Positions 22,405-33,067 of a stretch of 33,067 nt of DNA are shown here, in pieces; the first letter of the stretch is position 1, and every line of letters starts with the position of its first letter. This DNA comes from Octopus bimaculoides. Lineage: Eukaryota. Both the position numbers and the translations under genes were made by a program. The stretch spans positions 47,475-80,541 of the forward strand of contig NC_068993.1 of assembly GCF_001194135.2 (NCBI RefSeq). Reading direction: 5' to 3'. The notes beneath the pieces were generated by a model that saw nothing but the letters and a program-made list of their open reading frames with translations, did no database searches and was not told the DNA's origin.

Positions 22405-23258
22405 TAGGGTCCGGCAAAATGATCTGACACATTTGCAGGTTTAATAAAAGGCAAATAAATTAAAGTTACAAAAAAGTTTTTTTCATTTTCGAAAGGTACA
22501 TATAATGCCATTTTGTTTTCGCAGAGCATTGTGTTTGGAAATGCAACAAAATATCCCCAATGCATCTGTTGTGTTGTTCAGTGACGAGGCGCATTTTTAT
22601 CTGTGAGCCACAGTGAATAAGCAAAACTTCAGATACTGGGCCGAAAACAACCCTCGTGAGTTGCATGAACGCCCTTTGCATTCTCCTCGAGTGACTGTGT
22701 GGTGTGCGGTATCAGAATTCGCTATATGGGGTCCGTACTTCTTTGAAGAAGACAACGTTACAGCAACTGTGAACTCTGATCGATATTGTGAAATGCTAGA
22801 GAATTTTCTCAGACCCAAATTGAATATGCTCCACGATACGGAAAATGTTTGGTTTCAACAGGATGGGGCAACAGCCCACACTTCTCGACGTGCGATGGGA
22901 ATTTTGGCCCGCGCGATCACCTGATTTAAATCCTTGCGATTTTTTCCTCTGGGGATACCTCAAGTCAAAGGTATACATTAATCGCCCTCGATCTATTGAA
23001 CAACTTAAAGATGCCATTCGTCAAGAAATTGCTGCCATTCCTCATGAAATGATCCGCCGAGTTATGGACAACTTTCATGAACGCCTTCGACAGTGTGTGG
23101 ACAATGACGGCTCCCATTTGACTGATTTAATTTTTAAAACCAAATGAAACAAAATGGCATTATATGTACTTTTCAAAAATATATATTTTTTTGTTTCTTT
23201 ACTTTTTTAAATTTTTTTTTAAATCCAAAAATGTGTCAGATCATTTTGCCGGACCCTA
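22405..23258 (+). mobile_element. Internally deleted rosa/DD41D-like Tc1-mariner element with long TIRs
   Basis: 30-bp terminal IR tagggtccggcaaaatgatctgacacattt with TA flanks; second IR block 22485-22518 / 23147-23180. Confidence 0.92.
22519..23147 (+). pseudogene. rosa/DD41D-like transposase catalytic domain (N-terminus deleted)
   Basis: VVLFSDEAHFYL*ATVNKQNFRYW...WFQQDGATAHT..., frameshift deletion, then WPARSPDLNPCDFFLWGYLKSKVY...HLTDLIFKTK*. Family assignment is from motif style; D-D spacing cannot be counted because of the deletion. Confidence 0.85.
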
Positions 23259-24520
23259 TATAAGAAAAGTTTAGGTTAGTTAAAAATATGTTTGTGATAT
23301 ATTTTAACTATTAAATGGCAAATTCACTACAGTTATCGTGGAGAAAAATTCTTTCTTTTGATAAAAAGGTTTTAAAATAACATCTCTATCCAGTGTCGTC
23401 CTCTGTCAGGATTCCCATTGGTACGGAAACTTGTCTGTGCGATGGAAGATTCTCTTCATGACCAGGTCTAACAAGTTCTCGTTTGATATTCAGGAGAGAG
23501 GCAACGTCACAGCTTTGGCGAAATATAAAGAAGACGCTACACAATATAACAAATGAAGACGACTAGAAAAGTACGGACCTTACGTTAACAACAATGAGTA
23601 AAGACTATTTAAAAGAGAAAAGAATCCTATTGAAAAACTGCTTCCACCCAAGGACTTACATAAACTTTAAAAGCGAAACTTACTTCTTATCCTCAAGAGC
23701 ACAAGTATACATAAGCTAAATGGTCGGTTGCATCATAAGTACAAGCGCCGGCTCTTTCTCCATCGCTGTTTCCCTTACCACAAACGAAGAGTTAATGTCC
23801 CCCCCACCCCCACCCAACATTTATATTTACTGGCCTATTCATATACATGTTTTAAAATAACCCTCCAAACTCCCTCTCATTCCGCTCTCCGCCCTGCTTT
23901 TGCACCTCTATTTCACACNNNNNNNNNNNNNNNNNNNNNNNNNNNNNNNNNNNNNNNNNNNNNNNNNNNNNNNNNNNNNNNNNNNNNNNNNNNNNNNNNN
24001 NNNNNNNNNNNNNNNNNNNNNNNNNNNNNNNNNNNNNNNNNNNNNNNNNNNNNNNNNNNNNNNNNNNNNNNNNNNNNNNNNNNNNNNNNNNNNNNNNNNN
24101 NNNNNNNNNNNNNNNNNNNNNNNNNNNNNNNNNNNNNNNNNNNNNNNNNNNNNNNNNNNNNNNNNNNNNNNNNNNNNNNNNNNNNNNNNNNNNNNNNNNN
24201 NNNNNNNNNNNNNNNNNNNNNNNNNNNNNNNNNNNNNNNNNNNNNNNNNNNNNNNNNNNNNNNNNNNNNNNNNNNNNNNNNNNNNNNNNNNNNNNNNNNN
24301 NNNNNNNNNNNNNNNNNNNNNNNNNNNNNNNNNNNNNNNNNNNNNNNNNNNNNNNNNNNNNNNNNNNNNNNNNNNNNNNNNNNNNNNNNNNNNNNNNNNN
24401 NNNNNNNNNNNNNNNNNNNNNNNNNNNNNNNNNNNNNNNNNNNNNNNNNNNNNNNNNNNNNNNNNNNNNNNNNNNNNNNNNNNNNNNNNNNNNNNNNNNN
24501 NNNNNNNNNNNNNNNNNNNN

Positions 24521-24916
24521 ACATTAAGTGCCGACTACATAAACAAACGATTCTGAAACAATTCTATCGGTGATAGGGTTAGGGTAAAACAGCAAATTTA
24601 AAAAGAAAAAAGCAAATAAAACGAAGAAAAAAAAAAGAAAATGAAAAAAGCAAATTTAAAATGAAAAAAGCAAATAAAACGAAGCTATGGCTTAATCAGC
24701 CAAAGGAGTAAATGTAAACAACTGAATACTTGTCAGTGATTGGTTGAAATTATCGAAATAAGACAATTTTTTACATGAAATAAATTCGAATACAAAAATA
24801 TTTTTCTGTTCTATAACACAAAATAGATAAGTATACGAAGTTTGAAAGTCTTTCAGTACCAAAAACACTACGTAAAACATTAATGAAAAATGTGGCCCCC
24901 GTTTTAAAAAAGATCC
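24521..24916. mobile_element. GGATC-family TIR element, right part (left part in gap 23919-24520)
   Basis: Near-identical to 27873-28254; ends ...GTGGCCCCCGTTTTAAAAAAGATCC. Confidence 0.92.
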
Positions 24917-25209
24917 AAATTTGCTGTTATTAGAATATTATATAAACAATAATAGGCATACATACATACATGTGTGTGATGCTATATAGAAATACACACA
25001 CACACGTATCAACCAGAAATATTTTCATAAAAATTACCAATTTTAGTCATTAGACTGTGGTCATGCGAGAAGACTGCACTTAGCAAATTCTCGATAAGAA
25101 ATGAAAATTTGTTGCGAAACAAATGCTGCTATGATAAACACGCGAATATCACAAAACAAAGACAATGACCTACATAAGTGAAACCTTAGATATTAAACAA
25201 ATTGCTGTT

Positions 25210-25310
25210 CAACTTTCTCTCTCCCTCTCTCTCTCCCTCTCTCTAGTTTCTTCATCTCTTTTCCTGATTCCTTCACCTCTCCCCCACACTGTCTCGCCCC
25301 TCTTTCTTTC
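25210..25310. repeat. (CT)n-rich tract
   Basis: Directly visible. Confidence 0.85.
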
Positions 25311-25849
25311 TATGTCAAAACACCTTTGCCTATCCTTTGAGGTGTTACATTAAACAGTAATACTTCTCTTTGGTCATGAAAGGCGTGTCAGCCAAGTCAT
25401 TGTTGTTAATTGAAGGTCATCACAGATTGAACAGAACCTCTTGATGTGACCGTCCCGTTTTTTTCGTGTTTTTTTTTTTTGCGTGTGTGTTTTTAGATAT
25501 CTCTTTATGTTTCTGTGATTCTGTAGAATGGAAGAACCTATAGTAGTTTGAGTTGCGAAGTAGAATAAATATTCTGTTGTGAAGAAGAGAAGTCTAACGC
25601 TTTGAGGAAATCTCTGAGTGGGGAGATTGATGGTACCAAATAATTAGGTTAGAAATCTCAGACTACACTATCCGATGTATCAGTAGAAATGGAGGTTCTA
25701 AAGTAATATCGAAGTTGATGTCATTAAAGTTTTAATTAACTTCATTAAATTATGGTATGATGTTTGGAAAAAAGAGAACTACATTCGTCACTCGCAAGCG
25801 AATTTGATGTATTAACATGTATCATGCCGGCTTTAATTATTTTAGGTGT

Positions 25850-26065
25850 CCCCGTTGTCGCGATCAGATGTAGGCGATCTCTCGGTCTTTCCACATTCAA
25901 TCAACGGGAAATTGAATGTTACAGCTGGACGAAGAGAGGTCTTCATAAACATGGTATTCCTCTTTAGCTAAGTAGAGCAACATGAAATGAAGTGCCTTTG
26001 TCAGGAGCATAGCGCATCGCCCGGCCCAAAAATCGAACTTACGAATTTATGATCGTAAGGCTAAC
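25850..26065 (-). mobile_element. Degraded tRNA-derived SINE (type of 11608-11747)
   Basis: AGAGCAACATGAAATGAAGTGCCTTTGTCAGGAGCATAGCGCATCGCCCGG...ATCGAAC is the reverse of the head plus CORE-like segment. Confidence 0.65.
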
Positions 26066-26100
26066 ATCTGACTAGGTCTAGTCTTTTCACGTTGTCGATT

Positions 26101-26101
<1 letters not shown>

Positions 26102-26137
<36 letters not shown>

Positions 26138-26158
26138 AATGCATGTATTTATGTATGT
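26102..26158. repeat. (GT)n followed by (TATG)n
   Basis: Directly visible. Confidence 0.95.
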
Positions 26159-26361
26159 CATTATTCAGTTTTGTTTTAAAATTTCTTGCCTATAGAGCCG
26201 GTTTCTCACCTAGATTCAAAGCTCCTTCATTAGAATTTCAACATCAGCAGGGTATTTTTGTAAGTATGTATGTATGTATGTAAGCCTTAATAATTACAGG
26301 GATAAACTGAATTTGTAATCTGGATAGAGTAGCTGTAGATTACTTAATAGTTCAGCGTAGG
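26159..26361 (-). mobile_element. Deleted copy of RLE-LINE 3' end (3'UTR plus ~90-bp ORF piece)
   Basis: 26159-26260 aligns with 26388-26490; 26289-26361 aligns with 26735-26795 and encodes YAELLSNLQLLYPDYKF. Confidence 0.85.
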
Positions 26362-26387
26362 CTATGCATGTATACATGTATGTATGT

Positions 26388-27107
26388 CATTGTTCAGTTT
26401 TATTTCAAGATTTCTTGCCAATAGAGAAAGAGTCAATTTCTAAGGTTCCTTCATTGGAATTTCAACATCAGCAACAGGATATTTTTGTTTGTATGTATGT
26501 ATATGTGCAGATTTGTATCTTTTGCTTAATATGTGTATTCTCATGCATATAATTGCGTATCTAGACATGCCCATATATACTTAAATGATAAACTTCTGGA
26601 AAGTTTTACAGATTTTTACAGTTCCAGTGATGACTTGGATCTGTAGTCTTCGAATTAGCTTCCTTCTCTCTGGTTTTGAGAAGCCTAATTTCTCAAAATT
26701 GTTATTTAGGCAGTGTTACATATCCCAGTGCACCAATAATTACAGGTATAAACCTGAACTTGTAATCTGGATAGAGTAATAGTTCAGTGTAGGTATCCCC
26801 TTTTTTTACTGATCTTCAGCTTTATGTTAACATCCTTTGGGCAGCTAATTTCTACAACTGTGCACAGTTTCTCTTCTCTATCCCAAATCATTATATCAGG
26901 TTTGTTGTGCTTATATTTTATTGAGGTCTTCACTGGGACACACCATCAATACTCCTTTTTATTATGAGTGGCTATGTCTTCTACTATATTGTAGGTTCTT
27001 ATTTCTTTGTCCTCAGGCTTATCCTTTCAACAGATTTCATTATAGAGTGTCCTAGCTACATCATGTCTCATCGGTAGATATACCGTGATGACATTTTCGA
27101 ACAACTG
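26388..27107 (-). mobile_element. 5'-truncated R4/Dong-like non-LTR retrotransposon (RLE domain plus 3'UTR)
   Basis: YLPMRHDVARTLYNEIC*...HNKPDIMIWDREEKLCTVVEISCPKDVNI...FIPVIIGALGYV / ...KLIRRLQIQVITGTVKICKTFQKFII* (stop at 26581): RHD and PD-(D/E) restriction-like endonuclease motifs. Confidence 0.88.
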
Positions 27108-27189
27108 CATGTATGTATGCATGCATGTGCACATGCTTCCTCAATAGTTCAGCGTGAGTTATTCATGTATGTATGTATATATGCATGTA

Positions 27190-27241
27190 GCACGGGTACG
27201 CAGAAATTTCGGGATGGTGTCCGACGTGTTGAAAGACCACT
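27190..27241. mobile_element. Possible hAT/Charlie-type MITE end fragment
   Basis: GGGTACGCAG...GTTGAAAGACCACTG resembles CAGTGGT-type hAT termini; weak partner-like sequence at about 17368-17420. Confidence 0.3.
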
Positions 27242-27674
27242 GGGAGTGAGGCGCCCCTCAGCTTCTGTTCAAGCATGTCTCTAGAAGGTCACTGATATAA
27301 AACAGAAGAACAATAGTGACAAAGTTACATTTAACATATGGCTCTACCAAGTTGGATTATGTCTTTGCCACTTGACCTTTCTAACTTCCTAAGCCAAGAA
27401 AAGTTAGAATTGAGGTGAAAGGTACCCCCAACGAAAGGTTTGGATAGTTATAAAAACTAGAATTTAGTAAAGCAAAATCAGTTTTGTGAAAGCAACTGAT
27501 AGAGAGTTGACTGACTGTCTGAACGACAACCATGGAATTAACCAAAGTAGAAGTTGTCTTGTCCCACACTCTCACTTTCACTAGCTCACTTTCTTTTCTC
27601 TACAACATCACTGTCTCTATCCTTCTTACTGCTAGAATTACAAATGTGTATACACTTATACAAGAAGAAATTAA

Positions 27675-28254
27675 GGATCTTTTTTAAAACGGGGGCCACA
27701 TTTTTCATTAACGAAACACTTTGAAACTTGGAACACTGGTAGAATGTGTCATATAAAACATCTTTTTCTCTTAGTCTTCTTAAAAAAAAAAAGAAATCCC
27801 TAAGTTATTCCATGTTAAAGTTGTCGTATTTCTGTAATTTCAACTAATCACTGACGTCCATTCAGCCGATATACATTAAGTGCCGACTACATAAACAAAC
27901 GATTCTGAAACAATTCTATCTGTGATAGGGTTAGGATTAGGGTAAAACAGCAAATTTAAAAAGAAAAAAGCAAATAAAACGAAGAAAAAAAAAAGAAAAT
28001 GAAAAAAGCAAATAAAACGAAGCTATGGCTTAATCAGCCAAAGGAGTAAATATAAACAACTGAATACTTGTCAGTGATTGGTTGAAATTATCGAAATAAG
28101 ACAATTTTTTACATGAAATAAATTCGAATACAAAAATATTTTTCTGTTCTATAACACAAAATAGATAAGTATACGAAGTTTGAAAGTCTTTCGGTACCAA
28201 AAACACTACGTAAAACATTAATGAAAAATGTGGCCCCCGTTTTAAAAAAGATCC
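27675..28254. mobile_element. Complete GGATC-ended TIR element (580 bp)
   Basis: TIR ggatcttttttaaaacgggggccacatttttcattaa and its reverse complement; perfect 8-bp TSD gaaattaa (27667-27674, 28255-28262). Confidence 0.95.
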
Positions 28255-28459
28255 GAAATTAACTCTCTTAACCTCGCATGCTTTACCACTTATATTATTA
28301 CACACACCTTGCCCGTCGAGGCATGGCATTATATTAAGTAACGGTAAATAAATAAATTTTAAGTCAACATCAACTTTGATCACTCTTCTTTCATTTTGCA
28401 CATCTGCCACAGCAACACCAGTCACAATCGCTAACTGCCAACAGTCACCACAAATACCG

Positions 28460-28790
28460 TTACATTGGACGACCCACGACATAAAGAATTACCGCTTTCT
28501 GAGGACACAACCACCAGCTGATAACCATAACATACTCATATCCGTTACAATTGTGATCACTGACACTACCTAGCAAACTATTACAGTATAATACTTAGCT
28601 TTTTATATTTTTTTCTTTTGCTTCACTTTGCAATCAAATGGACATGTCACATCGATTTCGTCTTTATAAACGATTGCAATATCCGTCTTGTGTTCTTTTC
28701 TCCTTTTTGTCTGCGTAGAAAAGTCCCACAATAACAACCTCACTTCATCGTTTTCGAGGACTTTCATTTCTATTCTCACGAAAGAGGTCA
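28460..28790 (-). mobile_element. R4-like LINE RLE C-terminal fossil
   Basis: KVLENDEVRLLLWDFSTQTKRRKEHKTDIAIV..IDVTCPFDCKVKQK, then LGSVS and QKAVIL. Confidence 0.75.
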
Positions 28791-29790
28791 TAATTCTTTT
28801 CTGTGTTGGCAAAAATTTGTTTTGTTTTGAAGTACCACGTCATTTCAATCGTTATCTCCAAATCTTTGTATTTACAGTTTTTCAAATTATTTTACTGCTT
28901 TTATCTGATCAGATACGCATATCAATTAATTTCCAGGTTTTTATCTTTCCTGTCTTTAATAATGACATTTGGCGCTTCTTTTCTTGAATTGTCCGCTCTG
29001 AGCTAAATGGGAAATCTAAAAGTATTGTTATATCGTTTCATTACTGCTTCTGAGTGGAGTTCAGGCCAGTTTATGGTTGATTTTATTCTGCAGTGGTTAT
29101 ACAGGTTCCAGCGCAGGTTACTCCATTCTCTTGCGGTGGTTCTTATATTAATTTTGTGAATGTTAATAAGAAATAAGATGGTCAATTGTTTCAAATTATT
29201 GTTCATCCCTGTTCCTGATCAGCAAGCTTTGGTCTCGTGCTGTTATTATGAGTTTTTCTGTCTCTACTTTTAGTTTTGAGCTCCTTAACTACTGATGGTC
29301 TATTTTCTGGTTTCTATCGGTGTCTTTGCCCCGGAGTATATACTGTTATACTGTCCATACAAACGTTCTTGTCCCTATTGGATTTCCACATGTTCTTAAC
29401 CTAGCATTTTCGCTTGTACAGTGATAGTTTTATCCTGTAGATCACTTATTTCAACGAGTAAATTGAATTCAGTGACGTATATTCTATAGTCTTTTGCTAT
29501 TAAGCCGACATTTTTGCTTTCATGCTCTAAATCTGTTGTGTTATCAAGCAGGGATACCTGTGTACGTAGAGTCCTGTGCTACATTCTGCCTATTGTTGTT
29601 TTATGCAACTGGTCAAGTTGCGTAATCTCTTTGTCTTTCTTGTTTCACTACAAGCAAAGACGATCAACGCCATCTTGGGTTGACAAATTTTAATGCATGT
29701 CAATGTCATTCTGATTTCCTTGTCTGTCTGTTTAATTCCACTTTTGTCCTAGTTGTCGATGTTATAGCTATAAGTTACAAATGGGACGGC
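28791..29790 (-). mobile_element. R4/Dong-like LINE fossil (post-RT region to RLE)
   Basis: DGVDRLCL, LYGQY, LRSSKLKVETEKLIITARDQSL, ETIDHLIS, RWNLYNHCRIK...HSEAVM, PNVIIKDRK, KYKDLEITIEMTW, in the expected order. Confidence 0.8.
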
Positions 29791-29982
29791 TAGGGTGCAA
29801 GAGCGAATTAAAGTTACAAAATCTTTTTAAGGTGCGAACTACTCCAAAAGTCGGTCTCGAGATACTCAGCCAGATCCTTTCAACCCGAACTGAACATTAT
29901 TTACTTCAGTTCTTTCCTCCATCCATAGAAATTAATGCCACAGCTTCATTGATCACTTGAGTTTCTCGAGTTTATTTAGAAA

Positions 29983-30123
29983 CACTAACTAGGTGCGGGA
30001 GGCGTAAGGGTGGTCTTCCCCGGGTGGCGCTGTTGGGTCTGCCGTAGGCAATTTTTAGTGTGGGGTCCGGGGGCGGCAAACGGAAGGGCCATCCGGACGG
30101 CACAAGCTCTAGCTACGCTAGTG
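29983..30123. mobile_element. hAT-like MITE, copy 3
   Basis: Ends cactaactagg / ctagctacgctagtg; perfect 8-bp TSD tttagaaa (29975-29982, 30124-30131). Confidence 0.9.
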
Positions 30124-30654
30124 TTTAGAAACCACAAAACCCTGGGAAGCATACATTTTTGTAGCAATATTAGCAAGCAACACCTTTTTTTTTTAATGTT
30201 ATTAGTGCTGTATGAGTATTTGTGTGCGCGTGTTTATGCATGCATGCGTGCTTGTCAAAATTTGCTACTTTGCCAAGTTATTGTGATATTTACGTGACCC
30301 AGTCTATTCAATATGTCATATGCTGAGTGGGTTGTAGATTGAACAAAAAGCAAAATAAATTACAAGCAAAACGAATTACAATAGAAGTATATGAAATACA
30401 TACTTACTTAGCAACACAACTTATTTCAGATATTGATGGTTATAATTGACAGAAAGTAAAAAATACATTCAAATTTTTATCCCGTGCGCAGAGAAGAGAA
30501 AAGTTTCCTTTTGTTATCTTTTTTGTTAAATATAGAGCGAAATATTTTTTCCAATTACATAATGTAGGGGCAGAAAAGTACACTTCAAACGTAGCTCAAC
30601 TTGCTTTTAAAAAGGTCTGTATTCTTATTACTCTTTAAAAATGAAGATCAACCA

Positions 30655-30848
30655 CTATATATTCTTTTACTTGTTTCAATCATTTGACTGTGGCCATGCT
30701 GGAGCACCGCCTTTAGTCGAGCAAATCGACCCCAGAACTTATTCTTTGTAAGCCTAGTACTTCTTTTATAGGCCTCTTTTTGCCGAACCGCTAAGTTACG
30801 GGAACATAAACACACCAGCATCGGTTGTCAAGCGATGTTGGGAGGGAG
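30655..30848 (-). mobile_element. SINE (octopus-type), reverse orientation
   Basis: Body GCCGAACCGCTAAGTTACGGGAACATAAACACACCAGCATCGGTTGTCAAGCG shared with 13950-13990; reverse A-rich tail at about 30655. Confidence 0.7.
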
Positions 30849-30849
30849 A

Positions 30850-30852
<3 letters not shown>

Positions 30853-30887
<35 letters not shown>
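30853..30887. repeat. (TA)n microsatellite before gap 30888-31315
   Basis: Directly visible. Confidence 0.95.
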
Positions 30888-31315
30888 NNNNNNNNNNNNN
30901 NNNNNNNNNNNNNNNNNNNNNNNNNNNNNNNNNNNNNNNNNNNNNNNNNNNNNNNNNNNNNNNNNNNNNNNNNNNNNNNNNNNNNNNNNNNNNNNNNNNN
31001 NNNNNNNNNNNNNNNNNNNNNNNNNNNNNNNNNNNNNNNNNNNNNNNNNNNNNNNNNNNNNNNNNNNNNNNNNNNNNNNNNNNNNNNNNNNNNNNNNNNN
31101 NNNNNNNNNNNNNNNNNNNNNNNNNNNNNNNNNNNNNNNNNNNNNNNNNNNNNNNNNNNNNNNNNNNNNNNNNNNNNNNNNNNNNNNNNNNNNNNNNNNN
31201 NNNNNNNNNNNNNNNNNNNNNNNNNNNNNNNNNNNNNNNNNNNNNNNNNNNNNNNNNNNNNNNNNNNNNNNNNNNNNNNNNNNNNNNNNNNNNNNNNNNN
31301 NNNNNNNNNNNNNNN

Positions 31316-32800
31316 CCTCACCACAGGCTTTCATCTTGTCATGAATCTGTCTCGTGACAGGTACCTCTTCTCCAGCCTGATTTTACTACTGAGATGGTAA
31401 CAAAAAAAGTTAACCAACCCCTGGCCAGATACAAAGGTATCCGTCACTATGCCTCTCACACACGTCTTCCATAATGTTTCTTTCAGTATGGCTACTACGC
31501 AGGAAAAGCAAGCCTTCCTTTCCCTGTTAAGGGAAGGAGGCGGCACAATCTCGATGATAGACTCAGCTGATAGCTGGACTCTTCCCATCGGTGACAACAG
31601 TTGCTCTGTGAAAATTATCAGTCCCGTTAATTCCGGACATTCCACAAATGCGCGCAAGATGGTTTCCCTGTCCTGCCCGCACCTCAGGCATGTCGGCGAG
31701 ACGGCACTTCCGTGCCTTGACAGTTTATCACGAACAGGTAACGCCGCACAAAAGCACTGCCAAGCCAGGGATTTCTGGTAATTGTCCAGATACCTCGGCC
31801 CGAAAGTTCTCCTGTACAGGTTGGTCAACTGATTTTCATCGTAGCCCAAGGTCTTCGGACATAAATCTCACTAACCCGCTATAAAAATCCGCGGTGGAAC
31901 TCCTATTGCCGGCATTGCCCGCCCGAGAGAGCAACTGAAATGTCTGACGACACTCCAATTACCAGTTCCCCAGCCTAGGTCTCTGCTTGATCCAATTACC
32001 GATGTCCGTTAAGGACGTTAATTTCGGAAGGTAGAATCGGACGTGCGGTGACCACACCTGCTCTTCTTCCAGGTAAAGACAGAGGTGCCTCAACCTTAAC
32101 GCGAATTTTCGCATCCTCAGCCAAGGCATCCCTAGCCCACCCTTTAGCAGTTTCTGGCAGCAGACAGAGCGCTTCACAAGTGGCTTTCCTCCCTTCCACA
32201 AAAAGCGGAAAAGGATTCTTTCCAACTTGTTCAGCCATGAATCGGGGCAAGGTACCACGGTCAGACGGTAGGTGATAACCGATGCTGTAAACATCTGCAC
32301 CACCTCTGCCTTTCCTAGCAAGGTCTGCGTTAGAGCAGTCACTTTGTTGGTCACCTCACTCCAATTTTTCTCAAGCTGGAGACCTGGCCCGAACCAAACT
32401 TCAAGCAACTTAACAGGACCTTCCGTCCAACGCCCCACGACGTTATTGGACGGCATTAGCTTGTCCCTCCAGGTGCCGAGTTGCAAACCGATCGACTTGT
32501 CCTTGTTAACCTTTGCTCCTGCCACCGCCTCGTAACTTTTGATAGCCTCTTCCACCACTGGAAGCTGGCCCTCATCCGTCACGCTGATGGAGATGTCATC
32601 CGCATACGCCGTAGCTCCTCTTCCACACCCTAGATCATGCGGTGCGCCCCCTAGCGTCTCCAACTTTCGCAGCAATGGCTCGAGGGCCAACACATACAAA
32701 AGCGGAAATAGGGGACACCCCTGACGCACTGAGCGTTCGATCCTGAAAGGCTTCGAAAGGAAACCATTCACTTTTACGACAGACTCGATGTCGCTGTTGT
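31316..32800 (-). mobile_element. 5'-truncated L1/Tx1-like LINE ORF2 (RT C-terminal half plus zinc-binding domain)
   Basis: ORF 31959-32849: SVRQGCPLFPLLYVLALEP, YADDI, VNKDKS, KLL.VWFG, FRFLWKGGKP, GGLGMP; ORF 31331-31849: LPVRDKL...CLRCGQDRETILRAFVEC; broken by a stop and frameshift; homology begins at about 32797. Confidence 0.93.
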
Positions 32801-33067
32801 TATGTTTCCCTCGGACTGACTCGCAGAGATAACATAACGAGTTATACAATTTAATTATTACATTTATTGTTCAATTACATACAAAGAACGCACTCACCCA
32901 ATGTTCGTTATGAATAAACAAAAGTCATGTCCGCCATATATATATCAATGACATTTTACTACGACAGTCCCACAAGACAACAACAATGAAACAATGAACT
33001 CAGACGAACCACATGACACACGGAACGTCAGACGAATTACATATCTAACAGTCCATATAACAGCTGT

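Noticed and set aside
23370-23790. Moderately complex segment with possible exon or TE coding remnant
   Set aside because: No frame gave a motif I can support.
23728-24573. Long ORFs in the track (also 6588-6905, 20838-21237, 30791-31400)
   Set aside because: They are made of X residues from N gaps; not evidence of coding.
28030-28482. 150-aa minus-strand ORF, partly repeated at 24692-24880 and 14676-14879
   Set aside because: Chance frame through the non-coding GGATC element arm; similarity reflects repeat copies, not a gene family.
31449-32724. Several + strand ORFs overlapping the LINE
   Set aside because: Antisense shadows of the GC-rich RT coding sequence.

Overview
AT-rich eukaryotic (animal) genomic DNA with five assembly gaps, many microsatellites and dense, mostly decayed transposable elements. 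The SINE families resemble those I recall from octopus genomes; this is recollection, not a database search. I find no intact host protein-coding gene, rRNA, real tRNA or CRISPR array. Supported content: Tc1, two mariner and one rosa/DD41D-like transposase remnants; a Gypsy gag/LTR relic; an L1/Tx1-like RT fragment; several R4/Dong-like RLE-LINE fragments; two very AT-rich LINE fossils; many tRNA-derived SINEs; and MITE families. The most interesting observations are (i) a GGATC-ended TIR family with 8-bp target-site duplications, nested inside itself and carrying telomere-like repeats, (ii) a dense ETS/NRF1/YY1/E2F/CRE motif cluster inside a putative LTR, (iii) RLE-LINE pieces embedded in (TATG)n tracts, and (iv) extremely AT-drifted LINE fossils. 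I did not find convincing evidence of a wholly new biological system. All translations and alignments were done by eye.
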